A DNA stretch of 64,000 nt from Rhina ancylostomus (lineage: Eukaryota): NCBI GenBank assembly GCA_030265395.1, contig JARFYF010000022.1:31180917-31244916 (forward strand), in the 5' to 3' direction. A program made the translations under genes and the position numbers. Below, one piece after another: positions 1 through 10,836 of the stretch. The notes beneath the pieces are model-generated. The model had not been told where the DNA came from. It searched no databases and saw only the letters and a program-made list of their open reading frames with translations. Position 1 is the stretch's first letter. Each line of letters begins with the position of its first letter.

Positions 1-829
1 AAATGCAGCTAAAAGGGAGAATGAGAAGAACCAAAATAAACTGGAGGGCACAGTTCTTAAAGGGTAAGAGAACAGAGAGCTGCGGATGTACATCAGAGTA
101 GTTGAATGTCGCCAGGCAGGGTGAGAAGTGGTTTAAAAAAAACTTCAGTGATCTTGGTGTTTCTGAGTACTTCCGAAGCACTGAGTACAAAACAAGGGAG
201 TTGCAACAGTCCTGATCTGGCCTCCACGCTTTAGGTAGGATGTAAAAAGCTCTAAAAAAATCTCTTCATGTCACAATGTTGATCCAGAGCAAACTCACAG
301 AGAACCCAAATGCGGCACACTGNNNNNNNNNNNNNNNNNNNNNNNNNNNNNNNNNNNNNNNNNNNNNNNNNNNNNNNNNNNNNNNNNNNNNNNNNNNNNN
401 NNNNNNNNNNNNNNNNNNNNNNTGGAATCCATGTGCTGGACAACAAGGCATTAATGGAGCCAAATTGAGGACCAGAACTCAGAACCATGACACTTCCAGG
501 GAAGAGATCTGGTTCCAGGGATATTCCTCATGTCACTTTTGAATTATTTTCAATTTTCTCCCCCTTCCCCAATGTGAACAGTAACTCTCCATCTCCTGTG
601 TCTAGCTTTGTCATGATTTTAACTCATCAGATCTCCTTACAACCTTCTCTGCTCCAAAGAGAGCAACTCCATCTTCTGTTCACTCACTTAACTTAAGTCC
701 CTCATTCCTGGAATCACCTTGGAAAATCTGTTCTGCACCTTCTCCAAAGCCTTTACATCCTCTTTAAAAGTGTGAGCATAGTTCCTGCTCACTGTGAGGC
801 AAAGGATTGATAGGTTACTAAAAACCAGA

Positions 830-965
830 ACAGAATAAAAGCTTGAGGGGCTCAGCAGGACAGGCAGCACGTATGGGGGGAAATGGACAGATGAAGGGTC
901 TAACCCAAAACATCAATGGTTTGGGTGTTGCTCCAGATTCCAACATCTACAGTCTTCCGTGTCTC
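830..965. mobile_element. Short Penelope-terminus-derived element
   Basis: ctcagcaggacaggcagca ... gatgaagggtctaacccaaaacatc ... gctccagattccaacatctacagtc; the same terminal motif recurs at ~3255-3355, 28845-29040 and elsewhere in the window. Confidence 0.55.
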
Positions 966-1139
966 CAGAATAAAAGCTTGCCTGCCCGCACAGTCAATGG
1001 CAACACTGCAAGTCCAAACTACTGCTTTCATTCTTAAGCCTTCCTTAGTCAGACACCACACTCATCTGGCTTACTCTAATTTTATCTTTCTCCTATCCAA
1101 CATTCTCTCCACAACCAGCCTGAAAGAGAACCTGGTGCA

Positions 1140-3040
1140 ATGATTGTATCCCATCCTAATTTATTTGAGTATAAGTGGCTCTGAATCTAGTCAAACCTGA
1201 GATGCACCTCTGTCTATGAAGAGGCCCGCTGCACGTGTGTTGGTTTGATGGGACAAGGATCCTTGGAACTGTTCTATATCAGTAACTGCACTTTCCCATG
1301 TGATCAACCTTCTGAGTGAAAAGGGAGTATTTGTGTGACTACCCTGCACTGCGACTATTAGTACAGATACTGACTTGTCCTGTATGCCAGAGATTTCTTG
1401 CTTCACTCCAGTCCAACGTGAAGGGTTTATTAATAGCGTAATGGTATTATGGTGAAATGGCAGTAAGGGGGTCAACGGAACAATTACATTATTATGTAGC
1501 ATGGTTTGGGTATGATATCTACCCTTATCAGAACAACTCATATAGTTTATGAATCAAGTTAACCAGTGACAAAAACTTCATAACACCCTAATGAATGCAG
1601 AAGTATAAACACATTTAGGAGATCCCACAATTGGGGGATATTGGTATGAATACTTAAATCCTTGGATTAGAACCTTGCCACATATTCTAATCACGGTGCA
1701 ATTGGTCGTTACTCACGGGTTGTCAATTGAGGCCTTTCTATAATGTCAAAAACAGAGACAGAAAACCTTGGCCAGATCCACTGCAAAGACAATTGCTAAG
1801 GACCAAAGGAAGAACCTGCTTCAGCCTAAAGGAAGAAAGATTAAAAGATTAACACTGTGAAAGGTGTTTTAAGGTAAAATAGTCATCAAACATTGAACTT
1901 TGTTTTGTCTTATCAGACTTATTGACTCTTCACATGTAGAGAAAGGAGTGTACTGTGTAACCACAACAGTAAAATCTCTTACCTTTGGAAATTATCTGAC
2001 ATGCACAATTATGCACCTAACATTTTATATTGTGCCTACTTAGGTAGAATTGATAGGATACAGAATCCTTCAAAGAGCATTGATATATTTAACTAATTGC
2101 CAGATGTAAACATGGAAAAACACGTTAGCAAATTTAGCTCCGCTATTGACTTGGCTGAAACTGAAGTCCAGGGTAAAATAACCTTAGTTATCTTGATGTC
2201 ACCCAGCATGTATTATGGAAATAAAAATTAAATGGGGGAAGACATGCAAAGCACCATATCTACACCATAGTGACACCAGTCATGGTACTGGTGGAAGATA
2301 ATTGAGATAAATCCCTGGATAAAAGCTGTGTCCCATGTACTGGTTGTGATGCAATCAATCACTGTAATCTGCTGCTTCCATTAGTGAGAGAGAAATGAAG
2401 GCAGAAAAAGCAGCAGATGAAATTAATGCACAAAGTTTTGGTTCAGCAGGAATGCATAAAGGTGGTTAGAAGTGACTGTTGCCACTGAAAGGTCAGGTCA
2501 TGAGCCACTTGGTGGCAGATTCTTGTCATGAATCCTGTAGCAAGAATGCATTTAACTCATGATAATCCAACATTGGCTAAGAATCGATCAAAATTTCTAT
2601 CCCAGCATGTTATAATTAACCAAGGGATTTTTAATGAACATAAAATAGCATGTGAGATTGTAAGAAATGAGCCGTGTTTCCTTCCTTGAACTCCTGTGCT
2701 GTGGCCGTCTGCGTGACAAACTGATCAATAGTGAGGTAGCAATCTTGGTTCCACCAAGTTCAGATTCATCCCCAAAACCTTTGGAAATGTGACTGCTCAA
2801 ATTGGTTAGAAACTGAGCACATTTCTCATCATTTCTCATCATATCTCTCTTCTATGATCATGGTTGAGGCAGAAAACAGGATGTACTTCCCTTGAGACTT
2901 ACAGCAAACAAAAGAGAGTAAGGTAAAGGTGGTACAGTTCAAGGGGTCACTGGGGGTGGTGGAGGTTTCACATCATTCAGAGTGTTGCAGCTGTAACTTT
3001 GTACTACAAAATGAGAATTTGGGGCAAACATTAACAACCT
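1140..3040 (+). mobile_element. Decayed array of three env-like / membrane glycoprotein modules (putative ERV/LTR-element 3' region)
   Basis: Internal protein-level similarity: EKGVxCVTT at 1318-1343 and 1939-1965; NPWIRTLPHILITVQ at 1657-1701 vs NPWIKAVSHVLVVMQ at 2310-2354; WYWWK at 2283 vs WGWWR at 2951. Intronless, with many stops and frameshifts. Family identity is inferred. Confidence 0.55.
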
Positions 3041-3239
3041 GGTAGAAGTTGCAGACAAGGTTGGTCCCCTGTACACATGGGAACAGATGCCTTCAAGTGA
3101 TCATTCTGATGAGTTCAGTTTGAAATCATCTGGTGTTAAAGAGAGCTGTACATGTGAGTAATATTTCAATTAAAAGGGCAGCTTACAAGAAATTAAGTTA
3201 GAGTGACCGCCTACACAGACAGGAATAAATTCCATTGAG

Positions 3240-3355
3240 CGACGCACATCGACTATCCCTCTGCCTCCACGGATGTTGTCTGACCCGTTGAGGTCCTCTT
3301 GCAGTTTGTTATTTTTGCTCCAGATTCCAGCATCTGCAGTCTCTTGTGTCTTCAG
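3240..3355 (+). mobile_element. Penelope-terminus-derived fragment
   Basis: gatgttgtctgacccgttgag...gctccagattccagcatctgcagtctcttgtgtct, shared with 28960-29040. Confidence 0.55.
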
Positions 3356-3705
3356 CTTCCTTTGAATGATCACGAGAGTGAGTTAGGTTCAGAGTACGAG
3401 TTAGAGAAAAGTACTTGTGAGATAGATTACTATTTAATTCGTGAAAACTCATGAGGGTACAGAAATCATATTGGTCCATAGCATTTTGTTGTATTTTATA
3501 CCACATAATCTTTGTGAATTTCTTGTAATATCAAATATTAAATTACTTGCAGTATTTGAGTCTATTTTCTTTGTAGTATGTTCTCAATCTTAAGAAATTT
3601 TCAGAATAGTTCTGGGTTGTTCTGTTCTGTCTAATTTTATCAAATTTTTTGAACAAAAAAATTGGTCAAAATGAACTGATGATCTTAATCAAGACCAAAA
3701 TTATA

Positions 3706-3835
3706 AGTAATAGAGTCATACAGTATAGAAACAAGCCCTTTGGCCACAGTGGTCTATGCCGACCAAGATGCCCACCCAAGCTAGTTCCGTTTGCCAGCAT
3801 TTGGCTGATAACCTTCCAAACCCTTCCTATCCATG
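3706..3835 (-). mobile_element. CR1/HE1-type 3' tail fragment
   Basis: tagagtcatacagtatagaaacaagcccttt..., the reverse complement of the CR1/V-SINE 3' end seen elsewhere in the window. Confidence 0.6.
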
Positions 3836-4589
3836 TACATTTTCCCCTCTCAGGCCCAACATTATCACCACAACCAGTTGCAGAGCCTCACACTCCATTT
3901 AACAACCAAATCCTCACCAGGCCTGACAACCACTCCCTTTATCATTAACACAACATTGGTCTCGTGTTGTTTGTGGCCTGCTGTTCTTTATCTCCATTTC
4001 ATCTATCTCACTCTCCGTGCTCTCTGCTGCTAACTGCAGTACTCACAGTCTCCATGTTCTGTAACTATGCCCACAAGAGAGTGCAATTGGCATTTTTGTG
4101 TTCCGCTCGATTCACTCTGAATTGGTATGCAGCTCCCATTGCAGTTAATCACCGCTGGTCCATCTCTTGCACTTTATTCTTTCTTTTTTTGTTCATTGAC
4201 AAGCCGATCACCCTACGTTCCATCAGGGAGCTTGAGAAGTTTTGGTTCCCCTCGTTCCATGACAAATGCCACTGACGGAGCCACAACAACAATAGGGGAA
4301 GCAGGACTGGTGTGCTGTGTGACTGTGAAGGGCTCGAGAAAAATTGCTGCTGTTTGTCATTTGTGATGCTGTTAATAACTCTACGAGAAGTTGAGCATTT
4401 TTTTTTTCTGGAGTCAAATGTACAATGGCTTTAGCCTTTTCTATTTCTGACCTGGAGCCAAAACACCCCCCTTTAACCAGACATCTGACTTCAAGCTCTC
4501 CTCAGATCATCACATGGATACTGCTCTTAGTGCAGAATCTAATTGACAGGGAGCAGCATCTTAGAACTGCTTTCCTCAAGCAACCCCAC

Positions 4590-4845
4590 ACTACGACCAC
4601 GTGGGTTTCCTCTAGGTGCTCCAGTTTCCCCCCACATCTCAAAGATGAGCAGATTGGTAAGTTATTTGGTCATTGTAAATTGCACCTCGTATGCAGATGA
4701 GTGGTAGAATTTGGGGGGTGGGTGGTTGATGAGAATATGAGGAGCACAATAAATAGGATTAATGTTGGATTAGTGTGAATGAGTGGTTGATGATTGGTGT
4801 AGATTCGGTGGGCCGTAGGGCCCGTTTCTGTGCTGTCTCTCTCTC
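4590..4845 (+). mobile_element. V-SINE (HE1-like), 5'-truncated
   Basis: V-domain gtgggtttcctctaggtgctccagtttccccccacatctcaaaga and CR1-derived tail tcggtgggccgtagggcccgtttctgtgctgt. Confidence 0.7.
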
Positions 4846-5394
4846 TGACACATCCTTAACTTCCCAGAAGTAGGATCACAGGCGTCATGCCCCTGCACCT
4901 GGTCATTATGTTGGCTGTTTCGGCTGCCTTCAGTTAACTTGGCAGCAGTTGCTCCACTATAGTTACTTACGTCATCATGTAATCCCTCTTAATCAATGTT
5001 ATAGTGGAAATCTTTGCACAAACTTGCACGTTGCTTGTTGTTAGACTATAATTAACAGCATCAGTGCAATTTAAGCAATTGCAAATTTCTTTTCTCAGGT
5101 TCACATTACTGATATATTCAGACACAGCATGCTTCAACTCTGATATTCATGGAAACTGTATGATTCTATTAAAATTCCAGGCTATTTTATTATCATTCCA
5201 TCTCATTTGCCACAAAGATTGCAGTGGATTGGGGCAAGGTGATTTGTTATCACAGTTTTCTGACTTTCCACCCCTACCCCACTCAGTTCTTCAAAGAGGA
5301 TAAGGCACAGTCTGTGGAGACAATGTATGTCCACAAATGCTTTGTGGTGGCCTTTTCCTTACAGTCAGTGTGTGCTATGTAACCACAATCAAAG

Positions 5395-5960
5395 ACATTT
5401 ACAGCACGAGGACATCGTTTGGCTCATTGTGTTAATGCCAAGCAAACATGAACATTAGTTTAATCCAAGCTCTCATTTCTCAATCCCTGGCCTTGTATTT
5501 ATAACTCTAAGTGTTGAGAGTTTCTGTCTTCATCAAATTTTAGGCAGCGAGTTTCAGATCCCCACTACTTGTTGAGTGAAAAATTTCCTCCCACAATCTA
5601 TCCAATCCTTCTTGCAATTAAATTAAATGCATGTCCCTTTGATCTTCTCTAGCAAAATGAATCATTCCTGTTCATCTTGCCTTTGCCTCAATTTTATACT
5701 TAACCCCAGCCTAAACAGCCTCTCCACATAGCTATAATTCTACAATCCAGGTAGCATTGTTCAGGCATCTCCTCTCCATACCTTCTCCAGTACTTACAGA
5801 ATTGTCCACCATTCTGGAACTGTAGGCAAACTTGTGCTTTATACAATTCATGCATGATTTCTAAGTCTTGTACAAAAAAGACAAGCATCCATAGGTCTTA
5901 TAACCCATCATATCTCACTCTCCTGGTACCTTCAGCGATCTGTGGACATGGAGTCTAACA
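5395..5960 (-). mobile_element. Old CR1 LINE 3' fragment
   Basis: Degenerate similarity to the reverse complement of the CR1 ORF2 C-terminus (minus ORF 5700-5888 has LYKAQVCLQFQ...QF). Confidence 0.55.
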
Positions 5961-7054
5961 TCCCAGTCCTGGTTCAGGGTTTCAACCTGAATTGGCAGCC
6001 ATCCCTTTGCCTCCACAGATGCCTCGAGCCACTGAGTTCCTCCAGCAATCTGTTGTTTTGCTCCAATATCAATGTTCCCCCTCTACCTCATAGCATACTA
6101 CCAATTACTGTACGTTTTCTTTATTTGACTGCCCCGGATGCAGTACTTCACACTTCAGATTTAATTCCACTTACCATTTTTGTATCAATCTAACCAGTCC
6201 ATTGAGACCTCCCAGCAGTGTAGAACTCCCTTCCTTCATCATCAACCACGTTGCTCTTTTGGTATTTTTGACAGATTTTTCAGCTATCATCCCTTAAATT
6301 ATATACACCATGAAAAGGGGCTTGATATGGAGTCCTGTAGTTGCCTCCAGTCACTAAAACTTCCTTCAGCCATCATCATTTCCTTTCTCTCATCCATTTG
6401 ATGTTGAATTTAAGATCAATTTTAATGCTGAACCTTAGAGTTTTCATCTTTTAATGCAGCTTGAAGACCAATTCAGGGAATGGAAATCAAACTAAAAGTT
6501 CAGCGAGGTCTCCATCAGTTGCATTTGTCTTGAAGGAAGTAGAGCTTGTATCTTGCATCTACTTGGTTGCATGCATTGAATGGCAAATGAATAAATGATG
6601 CAAGAGCAGAACCAGACTGAATAACTGCAGTCAGATGCACATAAAGTAGGAGAGAGCCAGCAGTGGAGGAGCAGCAGCAGAAGAAAATGCCCACTGTTTT
6701 TCTGGTGGGAAACTTTTGAGTGTGGTGGCTGCAGCTGAGAGAGCGAGGAACGTGCAGGCATGAGACTGTTGAGTTATGATGAAGATGAAGGAATGTCTGA
6801 ATATGGTAACTTTGGCACCTGTAGAAATTATGAGTCCATTTGCTGCTAATTGCAATAAGATTGGATGTTGGATCGGGAGAAAGTGGGAGAATTTTAGCAA
6901 GTGTTAATTTTGGCTAGTGGAAGCATTCTGCATTGTGTTATTCATTTAGAGGATGTGGGCATCACTGGAAAGTTGAATAATCTTGTTTCAGTTTTCCTTT
7001 TGACTCCTGCCACTTCCTCCTTCCTATCTGGACGTCCCTCCCTCCCCATCCAAA

Positions 7055-7240
7055 CATTATCAGAATTATACAGTACAGAAACAGGCCCTTCAGCCCACCA
7101 TATCTATACTGACCATCAAGTCCTATTTATACTAATCCCATTTACCAGCACTTGGATCGCAGCCTGTTATGCCTTGCTGATTCAAATGCTTGTCCAGATA
7201 CTTCTTAAATGTAGTGAGATAACCTGCCTCCTCCACCTTC
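7055..7240 (-). mobile_element. CR1/HE1-type 3' tail fragment
   Basis: tacagtacagaaacaggcccttcagcccacca... tail motif. Confidence 0.6.
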
Positions 7241-7679
7241 GCTGTCAATTAAGCAGCTCCATCAGATTACTAGAAGGAAATACAGGGTCAGTGCATGGCA
7301 ACTTAATACTTGAATTTGAGAGCCTAACCCTAACTACCTTCCCCTTAAACAGATCAGTACATCCTTCCTTATGTCGGTAACTGAAGTTGAACATATTTCC
7401 ACTGGGGACAGAGCAACAGATGAAACAACTCCAACCCGTTGCATTGCAATCTGCCTTGAGCTAATGGGTATTTCCATTCATCTTTTTAAATTAATTTTTG
7501 CATCCATGTTGCACAATATATGCACATCTTTAGTTAAAAAGGAAATGATCAGAGATCGTTTCATGCAGACCAATTTCTTTGCAAGTATGGCCTTCGCTTA
7601 TCCACACCTTGTAGAATGGAACTGACTTCTTACACATATCCTTCCTGTACCTACTGGACGTAAAGAGCAAAACCCAAGT

Positions 7680-7721
7680 CAGAAGATACAAAACCATGTG
7701 ATTTTTGAAACTGACTTTATT
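7680..7721 (-). terminator. Polyadenylation signal AATAAA with downstream GU/U-rich element
   Basis: Minus strand reads AATAAA (7721-7716) gtcagtttcaaaaatca catggttttgtatctt: CA ~17 nt downstream then a T/GT-rich tract; UGUA motif upstream near 7800. Confidence 0.7.
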
Positions 7722-10653
7722 AAAAACAAGTTATATATTTAACAGTTATGGAGTCACATTTAGTCCATTAGGATGTGGACAGGATTTGGATAGAAATACT
7801 GTACATCTTCATTTAGTTAAAGAAAAAACATGATCAGGACATACATTTGGTTCTTAGATCTAAAGGCGGTATAGATCAGTCAAGGCAACAATTTTGCTCC
7901 CCACTGTGCTTTTTTGTTTTGCTACAGTTACAATTAATACAGCATAGCATCAAGTGGCGGCAAAATGAAATGTCATCAAATTATGGTAACAGTGGGACCC
8001 TCCTGTCCCCTACACAGGTCATATGCAAAATTTCACCGTCTCCCATTTAAGAACTTCTTTGCAAAGGTTTATCAGAATCTCTGCAAATATTTTTCAATGA
8101 TAGTATAAGCAATACATAAAGGCAGTTTATCACTAATGTTTAAATTTCATTTTTCTCCTCAAAGAGTCCTAAATTCAACCTACTGTAGTGAAAATTAATG
8201 CTTTAGTTTCACATTCAGCTACTGTGAAGGTGGTTCTGTTGAAACTACCCATTTGAAACTATCGTCAGCTTGGGAAATCATGAACAATCATCTATTGATT
8301 TTAATGGTTATTTATTCATCTTCAGTAAGGGTGTAGATATGGAATTTTAAAATGTTAAGGACAAGTTTATTTACATTAAAATAGACATAAGCAGCTAAAT
8401 TTCATTTTCACCATATAAAAGTTATGTTTAATAAGTAATTAATGTGCACGCACTCAGCTAGAAAGGTTGAGCAAGGCACAAAAATGATTTTCTTTTAACA
8501 GGTGTCATATAGAAATGGTACAGCATCTCTTCTGCTGTTCAGGATCAACACTTTTGTCTGGATCTTACAGATCTATCAAAATTTATATTTTTTAACCTCT
8601 GTTGTCTTGAAGTTGAAAGTAGTGTATTTTCAGTGGAATATATGCAATATTTGAAAAAAGCAAACTTGGAAACCCAAGGTGATGTTCACACATTTGAGAC
8701 TGAAATTTGCTATGTTACAGATCTGAATTTGGTTCGTTAGAAACAACCTATTAAATAAATTGGCAACAGACACATGACATTTACCTGGTGCAAACTAAGC
8801 TGTGATATATGCAACAAATCAATATTTGGATAGAAGTGGGGGGAAAAAATCATCGAAAGAGCCGTAAACGTCTAAGATTAGAACAGTCGAAGCATTTAAG
8901 TAAATCATCCTGCTCTTGATGCAGTCAACAAACACTAAGTCAATAAGACATTATAAAGAAACAAAATACTACTTGGTCAGTTTGTGCAAATCTATCATTC
9001 AGAGGTACCCATGGTTGCAGAGGCAACAGCAAGTTTGCAGCAACTGTGGGCTTCTGCAGAGTTATTTACAGACTGGGGCAAATGTCAAGTCTGCCAGTTT
9101 TATGACCAACTTCAACTCTGCTGTGAGAGAAGACGAGTTGAATTGAGGAAATACAATCACCTTCCATTTTACTGCCTTGAACAATTCCACATTTCCAAGT
9201 TAACTGCCGAATCTTGCACATAATTCAGCAGCAAAAATGTTGCCTAGGAATGCAATCCAGTGGTGCATGAACTGAGTGTCATGTGCAGGGCATAGCTGAA
9301 AGGCAGATGGTTAAAGGAAGGTTCAATTAACTGTTCTGGTGCAGTGGAAGTGTTAGCAAACCTTCCCCAGAATTTTTGTATTTTCACCAAAAGTTTTCAC
9401 CAAACACACACATACACACTTCTCAGAAAAGTTTTTACCCCTATTATTTCCATTGCACTTCCCTACGTGGCTTGTCATCCTTCAGGAATTTTTTTTCTGG
9501 CAACATATTGATTTGAACCCCAGAATATCAGTCAAGCGACTGAAGTGTGTTAGAAAGTAAACTGTAGCTTATAAAATTACTACTCATGGTGCTTTTCTGC
9601 AAGAGTTATAGCAACAAAAAAATAACCACAGGTGAAACCGACTTGCATATTTGATGTGCCTTTTCAATTTTACAACTTATTTTTCTGCATGCATGTCTAG
9701 TACTGTAACAGTAAAGCAATAGAGAAAATATATCCCAAGAAATCCACGTTTCGTCCAATAGTTGAAATCTTTTGAATTTTGCTATTAGCAATACTTATTT
9801 ATGTGACTGCAAAGTCACAGATTCTCTCAACTCAGATTTTGGACCCAGGAAGAATAGTAAAGGATTTGCAATTCAATTCATAACTTCACTCTTATACTTT
9901 GGCATTCACTGTTCAGCTTCACCTTTCACACAATTGTTATCTCATGACCATGTCTGAGATACCTAATGGTTGAGCAAGCCTTCCCATGCACTCATTTTGT
10001 TCGCTTTTGAGTTATTACTTGTTATGTCTGCCTACAGGGTCATTTGTCTTGGATCTTCTTCAATGGCAAAACCCACAGAAAACACGGAAGCCACACCACC
10101 ACAAATGAAAGGTCTCCTTCACAGTGCATATACTCTACCTGTGTTTTAACAGATATTCCTTGGGGCAGTAACACTTGTATCCTTTTTGTTTTCATTTCCA
10201 CTAAAAGCAGCCCAGTGATATAAAGTTACAGCAATTAATCTCCTTGTGCCTGGTCTTACTTGTGCTGTTCCCTGGGAAATATTACATGTCTGAGTAAGCC
10301 AGTGAATTTAGCACCTTGAATTTAATTGAGAGTTAACAGAGAAAGGCATTGTTGCACACTGTAAATTGTTAAGTGCTTCTACAGTTTCTTTTGGCACACA
10401 CAATTTCCCACCATCCTGTCATCAGAGAAATTAAGATATTAAATGAAGGTGACATTAAGTGCATGCAACTGTATTTTTCGAGATTTTATCAAACTGATTG
10501 GTCCACTGGCGATGTGCATCAGCTGAAATTGCTGTTTGTCCACAGTTAGTCTTCTTTCAAGTAAATTGCAGGAGTCTGGTTGGATTTCTCTTTGCAAATT
10601 GTTCCACTTTTCACATACTTTGTGCAAAGCATGGTAGGGAGGGGAGTGGTCAG
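7698..10653 (-). other. PIK3C2A: PIK3C2A 3'UTR (~2.95 kb, predicted)
   Basis: AT-rich stretch with no recognisable TE between the stop codon and a canonical polyA signal; exact end is inferred. Confidence 0.65.
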
Positions 10654-10836
10654 TTACCCGCTGGTTGCAGCAGTCAATTTGTACCAGTTAATGGTTTCCT
10701 TGCTCAAGTCAAATTCCTTCAGAATTAACGTAATGCCACCAAGGTAAACATTTTCACGCAATGACTCTGCACTTAACACGCTGAGTTGCAATTCCCTCTG
10801 TTTGAGTGATTCTTTACTGTATCCACTGTACACCAA
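10654..10836 (-). CDS. PIK3C2A: PIK3C2A last coding exon: [60 protein letters not shown]
   Basis: cttatag|TTG acceptor; TAA at 10656-10654; closely matches the human C-terminus except for the last residues. Confidence 0.96.
   Translation of the reverse strand: MVYSGYSKESLKQRELQLSVLSAESLRENVYLGGITLILKEFDLSKETINWYKLTAATSG

Noticed and set aside
1191-1541. 116-aa minus-strand ORF from the ORF track
   Set aside because: No recognisable domain; it is the antisense shadow of env-like copy 1.
2597-2842. 81-aa minus-strand ORF
   Set aside because: No recognisable homology; antisense to putative module 3.
6901-7380. 159-aa plus-strand ORF
   Set aside because: Non-ATG start, and it runs through an antisense CR1/SINE tail; chance ORF.
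1-7690. RPS13 and its intronic U14 snoRNAs, which neighbour the PIK3C2A 3' end in human
   Set aside because: I found no RPS13 exon (MGRMH...) or U14 box sequence by eye; if synteny holds, the gene lies outside the window.
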